Positions 27,070 to 37,585 of a DNA stretch of 64,000 nucleotides are shown here, piece after piece. This DNA comes from a virus: positions 1 through 64,000 of IMG/VR virus record IMGVR_UViG_3300035180_002599. One strand, given 5' to 3'. The position numbers and the translations under genes are program-made. Every line of letters starts with the position of its first letter. Position 1 is the stretch's first letter. Under the pieces are notes generated by a model, which saw only the letters and a list, made by a program, of their open reading frames with translations, was not told where the DNA came from and did not search any database.

Positions 27070-27428
27070 TTCGGGTCTATGTATTTTTTACATTATTACC
27101 TAAACTGTGCTGAACTAACAGAAAATAAAATTATGATAAATGATATTTGTTTAATCATAATATAAGCATAAATGTGATATAATAAAAGAAAGAGAATATA
27201 TGAAAATTTGGTTTACTAAAAAATGCTATAATCTTGTAAATTTCTTGTACTTGTTTTTTAAAGAAAAACGAGACAATTTACATAAAAAATTAAATCCCGT
27301 TGATGATGGTATGTTTGGTTCTTTATTTGAGAACATAGACAAAATTAAAAACGAAGATTGAAAAGGATAGAAGGAACTCTGATTTTAGAATACAAAAAAT
27401 AAATATTGTAACCAATCAAAGGACCTTA

Positions 27429-28550
27429 ATGTTATATAACAATTATAAGATAGATTTTACCCAAGAACCTATGTTTCTTGGTCAAGGACGAAACACTCAA
27501 CGTTTCGACGTTATGAAATATGAATTCTTCGATGAACGAAACGGAAAAATGCAAGGTTTTGACTGGGCATTTGACGAAGCTAAACTAACTCAAGATTACG
27601 TTGATTTTAACAACGCAATGCACCCTCATGAAAAATTCGCAACCACTAGAACTTTACAAAGATTAATTTATTTTGATTCATTGCAAGGAAGAGGTATTCT
27701 ATCCACTTTAGGACTTATTTGTACAATTCCTGAATTAGAAAATGCTATGCTCACTTGGCAGTATTTTGAAGGAGCTAAACACTCTAAAACATATACTGAA
27801 AATTTAAAAGGAATGTATGTAAATCCAACTGAAATATTTGATGAAGCCTGGGAGATACCAGAAATCACTAAAATGGCTGAAACTATAAAAGAGCCTTATG
27901 AAAACTGTTATAATTATGTAATTGAATATGAATACCGAAAAATAAAAGGTATAGATATTGATAAAGAATTTCTATACGATTTAAAGAAATCTGTAGTTAG
28001 ATTAATTGTAGCTATCAATATTTTGGAAGGTGTTAGATTTTACCCTGGATTTAGTATTATTTGGGCATTAAATAAAGGACAATCATATTTAGAAGGAACA
28101 TCAAAAAATCTTAAATTTATTTGTAGAGATGAAAATGTTCATTTATCAATGACTCAAAAGATTTTACAATTTTTCAAAAATAAGCCAGATGAAGGTTTTG
28201 TAGAGGTAATGAAAGATCTTCACGATGAGATTTATGAAGAGTATAGAAAAGCGTATGAACAAGAAGCAGAATGGATTGACTATTTATTCAGTCAAGGTTC
28301 TTTTTTAGGACTTAATGCAGAAATTTCTAAAGAGTATTTGAAATATATAATTAATAGAAGATTGAAAGCTATTGGTTACAATGTTATGTTTCAAAACTGT
28401 TCTAAAAATCCAATTCCATGGATCGAGCCATATATCAATATGGATAAGGTAGAAATATTGCCTCAAGAGGGCGAAGTTACAAATTATGTTTCTGGTGGAG
28501 TTGATAACTCCAAAGAAGCTTCAATAGATTTATATAAAGGTGTTTTATGA
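27429..28550 (+). CDS. nrdB: Ribonucleotide reductase class Ia beta subunit
   Basis: DSLQGR, EGAKHSKTY, LEGVRFY, ICRDENVH and PQEGEVTNY motifs. Confidence 0.95.
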   Translation: MLYNNYKIDFTQEPMFLGQGRNTQRFDVMKYEFFDERNGKMQGFDWAFDEAKLTQDYVDFNNAMHPHEKFATTRTLQRLIYFDSLQGRGILSTLGLICTIPELENAMLTWQYFEGAKHSKTYTENLKGMYVNPTEIFDEAWEIPEITKMAETIKEPYENCYNYVIEYEYRKIKGIDIDKEFLYDLKKSVVRLIVAINILEGVRFYPGFSIIWALNKGQSYLEGTSKNLKFICRDENVHLSMTQKILQFFKNKPDEGFVEVMKDLHDEIYEEYRKAYEQEAEWIDYLFSQGSFLGLNAEISKEYLKYIINRRLKAIGYNVMFQNCSKNPIPWIEPYINMDKVEILPQEGEVTNYVSGGVDNSKEASIDLYKGVL

Positions 28551-30799
28551 GTTCAGCGGATATTTACGTTTTAAAGGCTGGAGGCCATAAGGAATTATGG
28601 AACCCAGATAAAATTCATGAAAAAGTTATGATGGCATGTGATGGAATAACTGGAGTCTCTGCTTCATTAATTGAAATGAATGCTAATTTACATATTAGAA
28701 ATAATATAAAATCTTCAGATATACAAAAAACATTAATCAATGCATCTTCAGAATTGATAAGCGAAGAAAATCCTAATTACGAATACGTAACAGCAAGATT
28801 GTTAAATCAACAAATTAGAAAAGAAGTTTACGGACAATATCAACCCCATGATTTCTTAGAAGAAATTAAAAAGCGTTGTAATAAAGGGATATATGATAAA
28901 GATATTTTCAATTATTACTCAGAAGAAGAAATTCAATACTTCGGCAAAAAAATAAGATATCAAAAAGATGATAATTTTACATATACTGGTTTAAAACAAC
29001 TTTATTCAAAATATTTAGTTAAACGAAAAGGTAAAATTGTTGAAACTCCTCAAGAGATTTTTATGTTAATGCCTATGTATGTTTTTAGAAATTATAATCC
29101 AGAAATGAGAAAAAAATGGGTAATTGAGGGGTATAAATGTCTTAGCGATTTTGAAGTATCATTACCTACACCTATCATGAATGGGTTGAGAACAGCTTTT
29201 AAGCGATTCATTTCTTGTAATCTAATAAATGCTGGAGATACTTCTAAATCATTAGCTATGGCAAATGCGTTTATTATGATGATGACTGCAAACAAAAGTG
29301 GAATAGGAGTCAATGACGGTTATATCCGAGGTTTGGGTGCTGATATTGATAACGGTCGTATGGAACATACTGGAATACTTCCAATATTAAAAGCTCAAGA
29401 ATCTGCAACCAAAGCATTCACTCAGGAGAGTAGAGGAGGTTCATCTACTAATTATTATCCTTTCTTTCATTATGAAGCTGAATTGATTATGCAATTGGGT
29501 AATGCTAAAGGAACTGCAGACACTCGTGTTAGACATGCAGACCATACTATTGTATTCAATAAATTGTTTTTTGAGCGAATTGCAAATGGGCAAGATATTA
29601 CATTATTTCACATAAATTCAGCTCCAAAATTGTATGACAATATTGGTTATAATGAAACATTTAAAGAGCTTTATGAACATTATGAAAGAACGGTTCCAGC
29701 AAAACATAAAAAAACAATAAAAGCTTCTGCTTATAAAGACTTGTTTCATAATGAAAGATTTTTACAAGGTAGATTGTATTATATGTTTGCTGATAATGCA
29801 AACCAACATGGTATGTGGAAGATTCATGTAAATCAATCTAATCTTTGTTTAGAAATTATTGTTCCAGCTACACCTTTAGATTCAGAAACTCCAGAGGTTG
29901 GTGTTTGTATTTTAGCTGGATTACAACATGGATATTTAACAGATGAACGAGTTCCTGTAGCTTCAGAATTTTTAGTAAGATTCTTAGAAGAAATGATTGA
30001 TTATATGGATTATACACATCCAGAGATTGAATACGCTGCAAAAAAACGTAGAACTTTAGGGATAGGACATTCAGATATTTTTCATTATTTAGCAAAAAAC
30101 AAAATGTTTTATAATACATTAGAAGGTCGAAATCTAATGCACAAACGTTATGAATTAGCTACATATTGGATGACCCGAACTAGTGTGGAAATAGCTAAAG
30201 AAAAAGGTCCTTGTGAGTTATATAAAGACACCAAATATTCTGATGGTATGGTTACATTAGATGTGTATAAACGAACCGTAGATGAATTAGTAACAGAGCC
30301 TTTACATTGTGATTGGGATGGATTACGGGCAGATTTGAAAAAGTTTGGTATTAGACATAGCACATTGACTTCAAACCCACCTTTCGGTAATTCAGCTAAA
30401 ACCGGAAATGCAACATCAGGTGCAGAACCTCCTAGATTTTTGGCTACAGTTAAAGATGATAAAAAAGTTAAATTGACTCAATTGGTTCCTGAATATAATA
30501 AGCTCAAAAATTATTATACTACGGCATGGGGAGAAGATTTCAATAATATTGATTACTTTAAGTTCATTGCAGTTCTTCAAAAATTCATAGATCAAAGTGT
30601 TAGCACTAATCAATATACAAACCTATTGAGATATGAAGGTGGAAAAGTTCCAATGAGTGTATTGGAAGAAGAGTTTATCACTGCATATTATTATGGATTA
30701 AAAACCATGTATTATCAAAATTTTAGAAGCGATGATGGAGTTGATGGTATAGATGATGAAAAAGCAACAGGCTGCGGAAGCGGAGGGTGTGTCGTATAA
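28547..30799 (+). CDS. nrdA: Ribonucleotide reductase class Ia alpha subunit
   Basis: ATP-cone, PTPIM, SCNL, QSNLCLEI, KTMYY and C-terminal CxxxxC. Confidence 0.95.
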   Translation: MSSADIYVLKAGGHKELWNPDKIHEKVMMACDGITGVSASLIEMNANLHIRNNIKSSDIQKTLINASSELISEENPNYEYVTARLLNQQIRKEVYGQYQPHDFLEEIKKRCNKGIYDKDIFNYYSEEEIQYFGKKIRYQKDDNFTYTGLKQLYSKYLVKRKGKIVETPQEIFMLMPMYVFRNYNPEMRKKWVIEGYKCLSDFEVSLPTPIMNGLRTAFKRFISCNLINAGDTSKSLAMANAFIMMMTANKSGIGVNDGYIRGLGADIDNGRMEHTGILPILKAQESATKAFTQESRGGSSTNYYPFFHYEAELIMQLGNAKGTADTRVRHADHTIVFNKLFFERIANGQDITLFHINSAPKLYDNIGYNETFKELYEHYERTVPAKHKKTIKASAYKDLFHNERFLQGRLYYMFADNANQHGMWKIHVNQSNLCLEIIVPATPLDSETPEVGVCILAGLQHGYLTDERVPVASEFLVRFLEEMIDYMDYTHPEIEYAAKKRRTLGIGHSDIFHYLAKNKMFYNTLEGRNLMHKRYELATYWMTRTSVEIAKEKGPCELYKDTKYSDGMVTLDVYKRTVDELVTEPLHCDWDGLRADLKKFGIRHSTLTSNPPFGNSAKTGNATSGAEPPRFLATVKDDKKVKLTQLVPEYNKLKNYYTTAWGEDFNNIDYFKFIAVLQKFIDQSVSTNQYTNLLRYEGGKVPMSVLEEEFITAYYYGLKTMYYQNFRSDDGVDGIDDEKATGCGSGGCVV

Positions 30800-30809
30800 G
30801 GAAACCATA

Positions 30810-31319
30810 TTGGAAATGAACAAGGAGAATTGGGATATCCTCCTTGAACGTATTCAATATTTAAAAAATGAAGTTAGAAAGTACAAATATGATTTTCTAA
30901 CTGGTCTAAAAATGAGAAAAGATTTTGATGGATATTTGAGAATTTTGTTTGAAATGTGTGATTTTGAAAATAGAGATTTCACAATAATTCTTATAGATAT
31001 TGATGGATTACATGATTTGAATAGAAATTCAGGTTACTCTAAAGGTGATGAACTTATTAAAACTGTTGCTGATTCATTAATTGTTTTCAAAGAATGTAAT
31101 GGAACTGAGATTTTTAGGATAGGTGGTGATGAATTTGGAATTCTAGTAAAAGGTCATGATGAATCCAAATTAGAGCAAGCCTTAAATAAATTAGAAAAAT
31201 GTACTTGGGCATATACTCATGTAACTCCTGATAAAGATTTTGGGTCTCCAGCTCATGTATTTAAAATTACAGACGATAAAATAATTGCTAAGAAACTTGA
31301 CAAAAACACATCTAGGTGA
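30810..31319 (+). CDS. GGDEF-domain protein (putative diguanylate cyclase)
   Basis: DFLTGL, IDIDGLHDLN..GYSKGD and RIGGDEF motifs; start is TTG 30810 or ATG 30816 after AAGGA. Confidence 0.85.
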   Translation: MEMNKENWDILLERIQYLKNEVRKYKYDFLTGLKMRKDFDGYLRILFEMCDFENRDFTIILIDIDGLHDLNRNSGYSKGDELIKTVADSLIVFKECNGTEIFRIGGDEFGILVKGHDESKLEQALNKLEKCTWAYTHVTPDKDFGSPAHVFKITDDKIIAKKLDKNTSR

Positions 31320-31323
31320 TATA

Positions 31324-31545
31324 ATGATTAATAAACGAGAAGCGTTGCTTAATGAAATTATGAAAGATACACCGATAAGAAAAACCAAATTTAGGGATAT
31401 ATATCCTAAAGAAATAATTTTAGAAAAAGTCGTTGAACGAAGTTCATTTTGTTTAAATTGTCTATCAGCTAAAGAAATAGAGTTATTATGGAACGAAAAT
31501 AGAAGGAGGATAGATGAAAGATCTTTATCAGAAAATAAACAATAA
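31324..31545 (+). CDS. Hypothetical protein
   Basis: Operon-packed ORF. Confidence 0.5.
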   Translation: MINKREALLNEIMKDTPIRKTKFRDIYPKEIILEKVVERSSFCLNCLSAKEIELLWNENRRRIDERSLSENKQ

Positions 31546-31894
31546 AAACTATTTAGTTATTCATCTTAGAAGCTCATGGGCTAAAGCTAGAGGTTATTCT
31601 TCTTTTTATAAAATAAGAAGCTTGGAGTACGTATCTGGAAATTTCGATACTGGGTTTTCTTATGGCCCTCCAATCTTATTATCAATGGCTAAATTGAAAA
31701 TAAAAACTAGAATGGGTTGTATGTTTTTTAAATTGGATAAAATAGATATTGAATATTCATTATTTGAAAATTTTGATGATGCTGTAGAGTGTTTAGCAAC
31801 TGAGAAAAATTCTAGAATAGTTAGGTCTCCATTTGAATCTATTACAAAAATGAATAATTACCTTTATAAGCGAAGACCTTGGGTATTCCTTTAA
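31514..31894 (+). CDS. Hypothetical protein
   Basis: AAGGAG RBS; ends RPWVFL. Confidence 0.6.
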   Translation: MKDLYQKINNKNYLVIHLRSSWAKARGYSSFYKIRSLEYVSGNFDTGFSYGPPILLSMAKLKIKTRMGCMFFKLDKIDIEYSLFENFDDAVECLATEKNSRIVRSPFESITKMNNYLYKRRPWVFL

Positions 31895-31957
31895 TTTAAT
31901 CAGTTTTTAAGATAACTTATGTTATAATAATTATTCAATAAAACAAAAAGGATTCAA

Positions 31958-32233
31958 ATGAATAAAGCGCAACTAATCGAGACGTTGGCATCTAAACTTG
32001 ATGTAAATAAAACAGAAGCGGGTCGTGTTCTTGACACAGTTCTTTCTACAATTATCGAAGGTACAAAAACTGACGGAGAATGTGTAGTTCCAGGTCTAGG
32101 TAAATTGGTAGTGACTGAAACTGCAGCACGTTCTGGTGTTTCAAAAATGGGCGGCGTTGAAAAAGCTTGGACAAAACCAGCTGGTAAAAAAATCAGTCTC
32201 AAATTGTCAAAAGAAGGAAAAGAAGCTCTCTAA
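31958..32233 (+). CDS. hup: HU family DNA-binding protein
   Basis: MNKAQLIETLA..GLGKL..AARSG..PA. Confidence 0.9.
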   Translation: MNKAQLIETLASKLDVNKTEAGRVLDTVLSTIIEGTKTDGECVVPGLGKLVVTETAARSGVSKMGGVEKAWTKPAGKKISLKLSKEGKEAL

Positions 32234-32293
32234 GAGCTTCACGCTTATTTAAGGTTTATTAGTAAGTTTTAAATAATCGTAGAAGGAAAGAAT

Positions 32294-33103
32294 ATGACTG
32301 CAGAAAAGTTTTTTTGTATCAAATGCGAATATATAATGAAAGAACATAAATGTCCGCGTTGTAATCAGAATACATTTATTGTAGGTAAAAACACAAGATT
32401 TCCCTCTAATCCTAGAACAGAGGATTATAGACATATTGCTTTGTGTTTAGATTCTTATATTGACTCATACAATTTAGATGATTTGCCTCGTGTTGAAGCT
32501 TATATTAAGAAATACAGAAAAGAAACTAAAACTGATTTTGAAAAATTACGTGAACAAAAAAAGAAAGAATTGAATGATAAGCTATTTACTATTAATGATT
32601 CATTTACTACTAATTATTCATTAGACGGAATTAGAAGAGAAGCAATGTGGAGAGATGATGTTTATAAAATCCCTAAACATATTAGTGATTTTTTAAGAGA
32701 TTCTATATTACTACCTAACGTGAGAATACTTGATGAGAAAGAGGTATATTTTTCAAATATAGCATTCTTATATAATGAATATTCATATGAAGGTGATTTT
32801 TCTCCAAAAGATCTTTTCAAGATCTATAAATGTAAACCTTATTCTAAAAGTGGTGAGCTTATATTAACAAACGGGTTAAAAAACAGATCCCAGAATTATA
32901 TAAATTTCTTCTTTAGAACAGAGTTAGAGGCTCAACTTGCAAATGAGTTAATTGCGGATGAATATAAAAATTTGTTAGCACATGTACCTGCAAAATTTAA
33001 GAAACATCCTGACTTATTGAAGTACATTCAACAATGTGATATTTTTACTAAAAAATATAATGGACCTAAATTACATGATTTAATGCCAGAATATTATCTA
33101 TAA
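32294..33103 (+). CDS. Hypothetical protein with N-terminal Zn ribbon
   Basis: CxxC..CPRC; ends MPEYYL. Confidence 0.7.
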   Translation: MTAEKFFCIKCEYIMKEHKCPRCNQNTFIVGKNTRFPSNPRTEDYRHIALCLDSYIDSYNLDDLPRVEAYIKKYRKETKTDFEKLREQKKKELNDKLFTINDSFTTNYSLDGIRREAMWRDDVYKIPKHISDFLRDSILLPNVRILDEKEVYFSNIAFLYNEYSYEGDFSPKDLFKIYKCKPYSKSGELILTNGLKNRSQNYINFFFRTELEAQLANELIADEYKNLLAHVPAKFKKHPDLLKYIQQCDIFTKKYNGPKLHDLMPEYYL

Positions 33104-33148
33104 TTAATTATTAAAATGATATAATACAAAAAGAAAGAAGGAGAGTTT

Positions 33149-33988
33149 ATGGAAGTAATAACTGTAGAAATGTATAAATGTAGCATTTGTAAAAAAACTC
33201 ATACTACAAAAAAATCAGCATTATCTTGTCAGGTTAATTGTAGAAAGAAAGCTAAAGAAAATGAAAAAAGAAAAAAAGCTTTTGAAAAATCTGAATCCAT
33301 TAGATTGACTGCAACTTCTCTTAAAGACATTTTTGTAAAATTAAATGAATATCTAAGAGAATATCACCAAGTTCGGATAGATTTCGATTCTTATCCTTCT
33401 AGAATTGGTATGCAATCAATAACACATAACGCTCCAATTGGGGTAAGAACCAGTTGGACTTCAAATGATTCAGAGGGAAAGCCAACGTCATATCTAGCAT
33501 TTACAGGAAGATGGGAAGGAACTGTGTTTAATTTAGACGGAACATTAAGTTCCAAAACATTTGGAGAATTGATTGGAACCTTCAGCTCTAATTCATTTAG
33601 ATTTTTACATACCGGAACGGGTTCTTCTGGAACTAAATTTTCAATCGATGGGTGTATGTTTTTACAAGATTTCCCAATCATTCATAGTAAATATGAGTTG
33701 TTCATGCAACTTAAAAGAGTTAAGGAAGATATTGAGTTAGCTAGAACTCAAGCAATAAAAACTCATGCATTTAATTTGAACAAAGCTATAACCGAAGACC
33801 CTGATGTTTTAGAATTAAAAAAAGTAGAGCAAGAATTACTTAGTAATTTGAGCTCTTTGCGGGGATATATTTCTGAGGTAATTGAAGAGAAGCGAGTTCA
33901 ATATGAACCAGATTTTAAACATCTTTTGGAAATACAAGATAATTTTGATGAGGTGAAATTCAATGAACTTAAATACTCACTTATCTAA
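33149..33988 (+). CDS. Hypothetical protein
   Basis: N-terminal CxxC; promoter and RBS. Confidence 0.7.
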   Translation: MEVITVEMYKCSICKKTHTTKKSALSCQVNCRKKAKENEKRKKAFEKSESIRLTATSLKDIFVKLNEYLREYHQVRIDFDSYPSRIGMQSITHNAPIGVRTSWTSNDSEGKPTSYLAFTGRWEGTVFNLDGTLSSKTFGELIGTFSSNSFRFLHTGTGSSGTKFSIDGCMFLQDFPIIHSKYELFMQLKRVKEDIELARTQAIKTHAFNLNKAITEDPDVLELKKVEQELLSNLSSLRGYISEVIEEKRVQYEPDFKHLLEIQDNFDEVKFNELKYSLI

Positions 33989-34208
33989 TTTATTAAAAAG
34001 CCCTTTATGGGATAAATTGATTGATGAGAAGCCTGAGATTCTTTTATATAAAGATCCTGTTGAGATAAAACTAATTAAAGTTCAATATTCTGGAACTAAC
34101 ATTAATAGTTCTGGAAATTCGTTATTAACTTCAGGAGATTTAGATATATCAGAATATTATAAATTTAAAAAGAATGAATCTAAAGGCCGTGTATTATACT
34201 TACAATAA
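33963..34208 (+). CDS. Hypothetical protein
   Basis: Fills the gap in the operon. Confidence 0.4.
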   Translation: MNLNTHLSNLLKSPLWDKLIDEKPEILLYKDPVEIKLIKVQYSGTNINSSGNSLLTSGDLDISEYYKFKKNESKGRVLYLQ

Positions 34209-34220
34209 AAGGAAAATAAC

Positions 34221-34676
34221 ATGATTAATATCAAACAAGGTGATATAACTGAAGCTACAGAGGATTTGATAGCCCATCAAGTCAATTGTAAAAATGTTAT
34301 GGGATCTGGAGTGGCTAAGGCTCTATTTACAAAATATCCAGATGTATTGGCTAAATATCGTTGGTTCAATGAAAGAACTGAAGAACATGAACTATTAGGG
34401 AAAGTTGATATTTTCACAGCATTCTCTAAAGATCATTCTACTTCCAAGAAAATAGCTAACTGTTATTCTCAATTTGATTATGGTTCAGATGGGAAATTAT
34501 ACACCGATTATAATGCGGTTAACAAATGTTTCAAATATATTGCAGAGAACTTCAAAGGAACCGTTGCAGTCCCTTATCTTTATGGATGCGGATTAGGCGG
34601 AGGAGATTGGTCTATTGTGTATTCATTGATTGTAGCTAATCTTGGCAATCGAGTTACTTTTTATAAGTTGGATTAA
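34221..34676 (+). CDS. Macrodomain (ADP-ribose binding / hydrolase) protein
   Basis: GDIT, HQVNC..MGSGVA and GCGLGGGDW motifs. Confidence 0.9.
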   Translation: MINIKQGDITEATEDLIAHQVNCKNVMGSGVAKALFTKYPDVLAKYRWFNERTEEHELLGKVDIFTAFSKDHSTSKKIANCYSQFDYGSDGKLYTDYNAVNKCFKYIAENFKGTVAVPYLYGCGLGGGDWSIVYSLIVANLGNRVTFYKLD

Positions 34677-35083
34677 TGAAAGTTTTATATACAATCTATA
34701 GAGATCTTAGAAAAAGATTCAACAATTGCACATCAGTTAGCGTTGAAGTTTTTGTTGCTATTTTGTTGTTCGGTGTAGGTTCTTTATTTTTCTCTTTGGT
34801 TCAAATTATAATACAATTGTTATACTTTATCATTGTTTTAGAAATTACCAGAATGGTGATTGAATACATAAAATCTAAAGAACATAGAGTAAAAATTAGG
34901 TATTTGATTGATGCAGCTATAATTGCTGGCATTAGAGAAATTATCATTATAGTTGTAGATTCTCACAAAATACAAGAACATGTCAATCAGTTGGTCATAT
35001 ATGGATTAATCACTTTTGTTTTATTAATTATGCGAGTAATAGCTATATTTGGTTCTCCAGATGAAGTTAAATGTAACGTTTAA
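34676..35083 (+). CDS. PsiE-family membrane protein
   Basis: LEI..Y..RYLIDAAIIAGIREII; four TM segments. Confidence 0.75.
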   Translation: MKVLYTIYRDLRKRFNNCTSVSVEVFVAILLFGVGSLFFSLVQIIIQLLYFIIVLEITRMVIEYIKSKEHRVKIRYLIDAAIIAGIREIIIIVVDSHKIQEHVNQLVIYGLITFVLLIMRVIAIFGSPDEVKCNV

Positions 35084-35131
35084 AAATTAATTAATGATTG
35101 TTTTGATATAATTATAAAAAGAAGGATAGAT

Positions 35132-35212
35132 ATGTTCAAATTTTGTTCTAAATGTTGTTCTATGGTATTAGTAAAAAACCATTCATGCACTGTATGTGGA
35201 AAGGTTTTGTAA
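35132..35212 (+). CDS. Tiny Zn-ribbon peptide MFKFCSKCCSMVLVKNHSCTVCGKVL
   Basis: Promoter and AAGGA RBS; two CxxC motifs; TAATG coupling to the next gene. Confidence 0.5.
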   Translation: MFKFCSKCCSMVLVKNHSCTVCGKVL

Positions 35213-35637
35213 TGGCGAAATATATTGGAAATGTAGTTGTTATTGAAGAAACTAATCTTCCTGCGTTGTTTTATTTTAAGTATTTGGCTGAATCATATGA
35301 TAAAGAAACTAAATGTCCACCCGTTCAATATTATGACGAAATTGATAAACAAGGTTTGGACAAAACCTTCACAATGATGTTAGAAGAAACGGATTCAATA
35401 GATAAAACATCTGAATCCGAAATTAGATCATCTATTATAAGAAAAATGAATACTATAATCCAAGACGTAACAAAAACTGTTTGGCACGGATTCAAATACA
35501 ATGTAATTCATGAAAATGTAAAAGATGAAGGTCTTGCAAAGAAGCAATCGCAAGTTATTGCTAAAATGATTAAAAATCATGAAGCTCCTTATGATGATAT
35601 TTTTACAAAATACACCGTAACTATTATTCAAGGATAA
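35212..35637 (+). CDS. Hypothetical protein
   Basis: Start reassigned to the coupled ATG at 35212. Confidence 0.6.
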   Translation: MAKYIGNVVVIEETNLPALFYFKYLAESYDKETKCPPVQYYDEIDKQGLDKTFTMMLEETDSIDKTSESEIRSSIIRKMNTIIQDVTKTVWHGFKYNVIHENVKDEGLAKKQSQVIAKMIKNHEAPYDDIFTKYTVTIIQG

Positions 35638-35642
35638 ACTGA

Positions 35643-36002
35643 ATGACTGAAATAACTAAAGAGATTGTAGTATATTTATCTGAAGATGGTAAAGAGTTTT
35701 TATCTAGATATGATTGTGTAAAACATGAGGAAAAAATGAAAGAGGTTGCAGAACGTTATGCATATCTTTCCGAATTCATAACAAAAGAAATGAATTATTT
35801 CTTTAAAAGAGATTCAACTAATTTATTTAAAGTTACGGCTTATGATGATGATCTTACAATAGAAACTTTATGGGACGGTCATTATAGTGAATTAGATGGG
35901 GATTTTGATATTGATTATAGTTTATGGGATCCATTTAAACGAATGATCCGGATAAAATATGGATATGATATAAAAACGCCTTCTTGGTATTGGGGAAAAT
36001 AA
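35643..36002 (+). CDS. Hypothetical protein
   Basis: YLSEDGKEF..DC..HE phage motif. Confidence 0.65.
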   Translation: MTEITKEIVVYLSEDGKEFLSRYDCVKHEEKMKEVAERYAYLSEFITKEMNYFFKRDSTNLFKVTAYDDDLTIETLWDGHYSELDGDFDIDYSLWDPFKRMIRIKYGYDIKTPSWYWGK

Positions 36003-36116
36003 TGTCAATACAAAAAGAAGTATTTGAAATTTTAGAAAGAGATTCTACAATGAGATCTAAATTTACTTGGTATCGGTTCAATATTCAAGATGATTTTTTA
36101 ATAATGGGTATATACA

Positions 36117-36518
36117 ATGAAAAATAACATTTCTGACTTTAAGATAAACTCATTTGCCCAAGCAGTATATTTTTCAAATAATCAACGAACCCGATATGTT
36201 TTTAAAATATCTTCTATAGGTGAAGAATATGATTACAAAACGTCAAAACCTTATATCGTTTTATATGATGGTGAATGGGATCATTATAATGATGAGCCGG
36301 TTTATTATGATTTAAAGGATTGTGAGCCTTGGGTCCCAGAAAAAGGAGAATTTTGTTGGTTTTGGGATAATGATAAAAATATTTCACATCCTAGAAAATT
36401 TGATAAGATGGATGAAACAAATCCTAAATTATATCAGCCTGAAGAATCCGTAATGGGGTTTAAATTCTGTGAGCCGTTTTTTGGAACTCTCCCTTCACCT
36501 TTAGATAACACTGATTAG
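36117..36518 (+). CDS. Hypothetical protein
   Basis: WVPEKGEFCWFWD..CEPF motif. Confidence 0.65.
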   Translation: MKNNISDFKINSFAQAVYFSNNQRTRYVFKISSIGEEYDYKTSKPYIVLYDGEWDHYNDEPVYYDLKDCEPWVPEKGEFCWFWDNDKNISHPRKFDKMDETNPKLYQPEESVMGFKFCEPFFGTLPSPLDNTD

Positions 36519-36589
36519 TTGAAATATTTTATTTTTCTTTAAGTCTATTTTGATATAATTATTGTATAAAAAGAAAAGAAGGATAGAAA

Positions 36590-37168
36590 ATGAGATTCAA
36601 ATACACAAGAGAAATGTATGTTGGTGATGCGGTTAAATCAGTTGAAGATTTAGATACACAAGTAACAGCGTTTTATCGCCAATCAATTAACAATCAACCA
36701 GTAGCTATTGTATTTGTTGGAAAATCAACTAAACCCTTCGCAAGATATGCATTTAAAAATGAACAAGAACGTTCTAAATATGTTCAAGATATCATTGATG
36801 CAAGAGCAGCTCGTATTAAAGAAAATCAAGTATACAAAGCTGAACAAAAAGCTAAAAATGTTGTAAAAGCACAAGAAGTTCAAGTCGGTGACATTTTTCA
36901 TTGTGGCTGGGGTTATTCAATGTCGTTGAATGATTTCTATCAAGTCATTGCTAAAAAAGGTAACAAAGTAACTGTTCGAGAAATTGGTTCTGAATATGTT
37001 AGCGGTGACTGGATGGGCGGACAAGTTAAATGTATTCCAAATTCATTCGCTTCAGGAAGCGAAGAAATGACAAAATTGTTAAAAGGTGACTCATTTAAAG
37101 TTTCAGATTCGCGATATGCTTATAAATTCGACCCATCACAAACTTGTTATGAAAGTCATGCAGACTAA
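36590..37168 (+). CDS. Hypothetical phage protein
   Basis: VGDIF..WGY....DFYQV motif; promoter cassette. Confidence 0.7.
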   Translation: MRFKYTREMYVGDAVKSVEDLDTQVTAFYRQSINNQPVAIVFVGKSTKPFARYAFKNEQERSKYVQDIIDARAARIKENQVYKAEQKAKNVVKAQEVQVGDIFHCGWGYSMSLNDFYQVIAKKGNKVTVREIGSEYVSGDWMGGQVKCIPNSFASGSEEMTKLLKGDSFKVSDSRYAYKFDPSQTCYESHAD

Positions 37169-37177
37169 GGGATAAAA

Positions 37178-37555
37178 ATGAAATTGGCAGTAATAGGTAG
37201 TCGGGGTTTCAATGATTATGAATTATTGAAACTTCATTTAAATAACGTTATTCAAAATAACAGAGTAACTCATATTGTTTCTGGCGGAGCTTTAGGTGCG
37301 GATAGTTTAGCTGAAAGATTTGCCAAAGAAAATAATATTGAAACTCTTATATTTTTGCCCGATTGGAAAACACACGGAAAAGCTGCGGGATTTATCCGAA
37401 ACAAAGATATAGTTTCTAACGCAGATATGGTAGTTGCTTTTTGGGATGGAAAATCTAAAGGGACTAAACATTCAATTGATTTAGCTAATAAATCAAAAAC
37501 ACCGTTGCTTATTGTTGAAACTTCTAATAATTTAGGTTTGTTTGATATGTTCTGA
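37178..37555 (+). CDS. SLOG / YspA-related (DUF2493-like) protein
   Basis: IGSRGF, VSGGAxGAD, AGFIRN and FWDGKSKGT motifs. Confidence 0.85.
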   Translation: MKLAVIGSRGFNDYELLKLHLNNVIQNNRVTHIVSGGALGADSLAERFAKENNIETLIFLPDWKTHGKAAGFIRNKDIVSNADMVVAFWDGKSKGTKHSIDLANKSKTPLLIVETSNNLGLFDMF

Positions 37556-37585
37556 TAAATACCATAAAATATCTGGATATAACAA

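Noticed and set aside
27429-30799. Intein or intron in nrdA or nrdB
   Set aside because: Both ORFs are continuous and of normal length.
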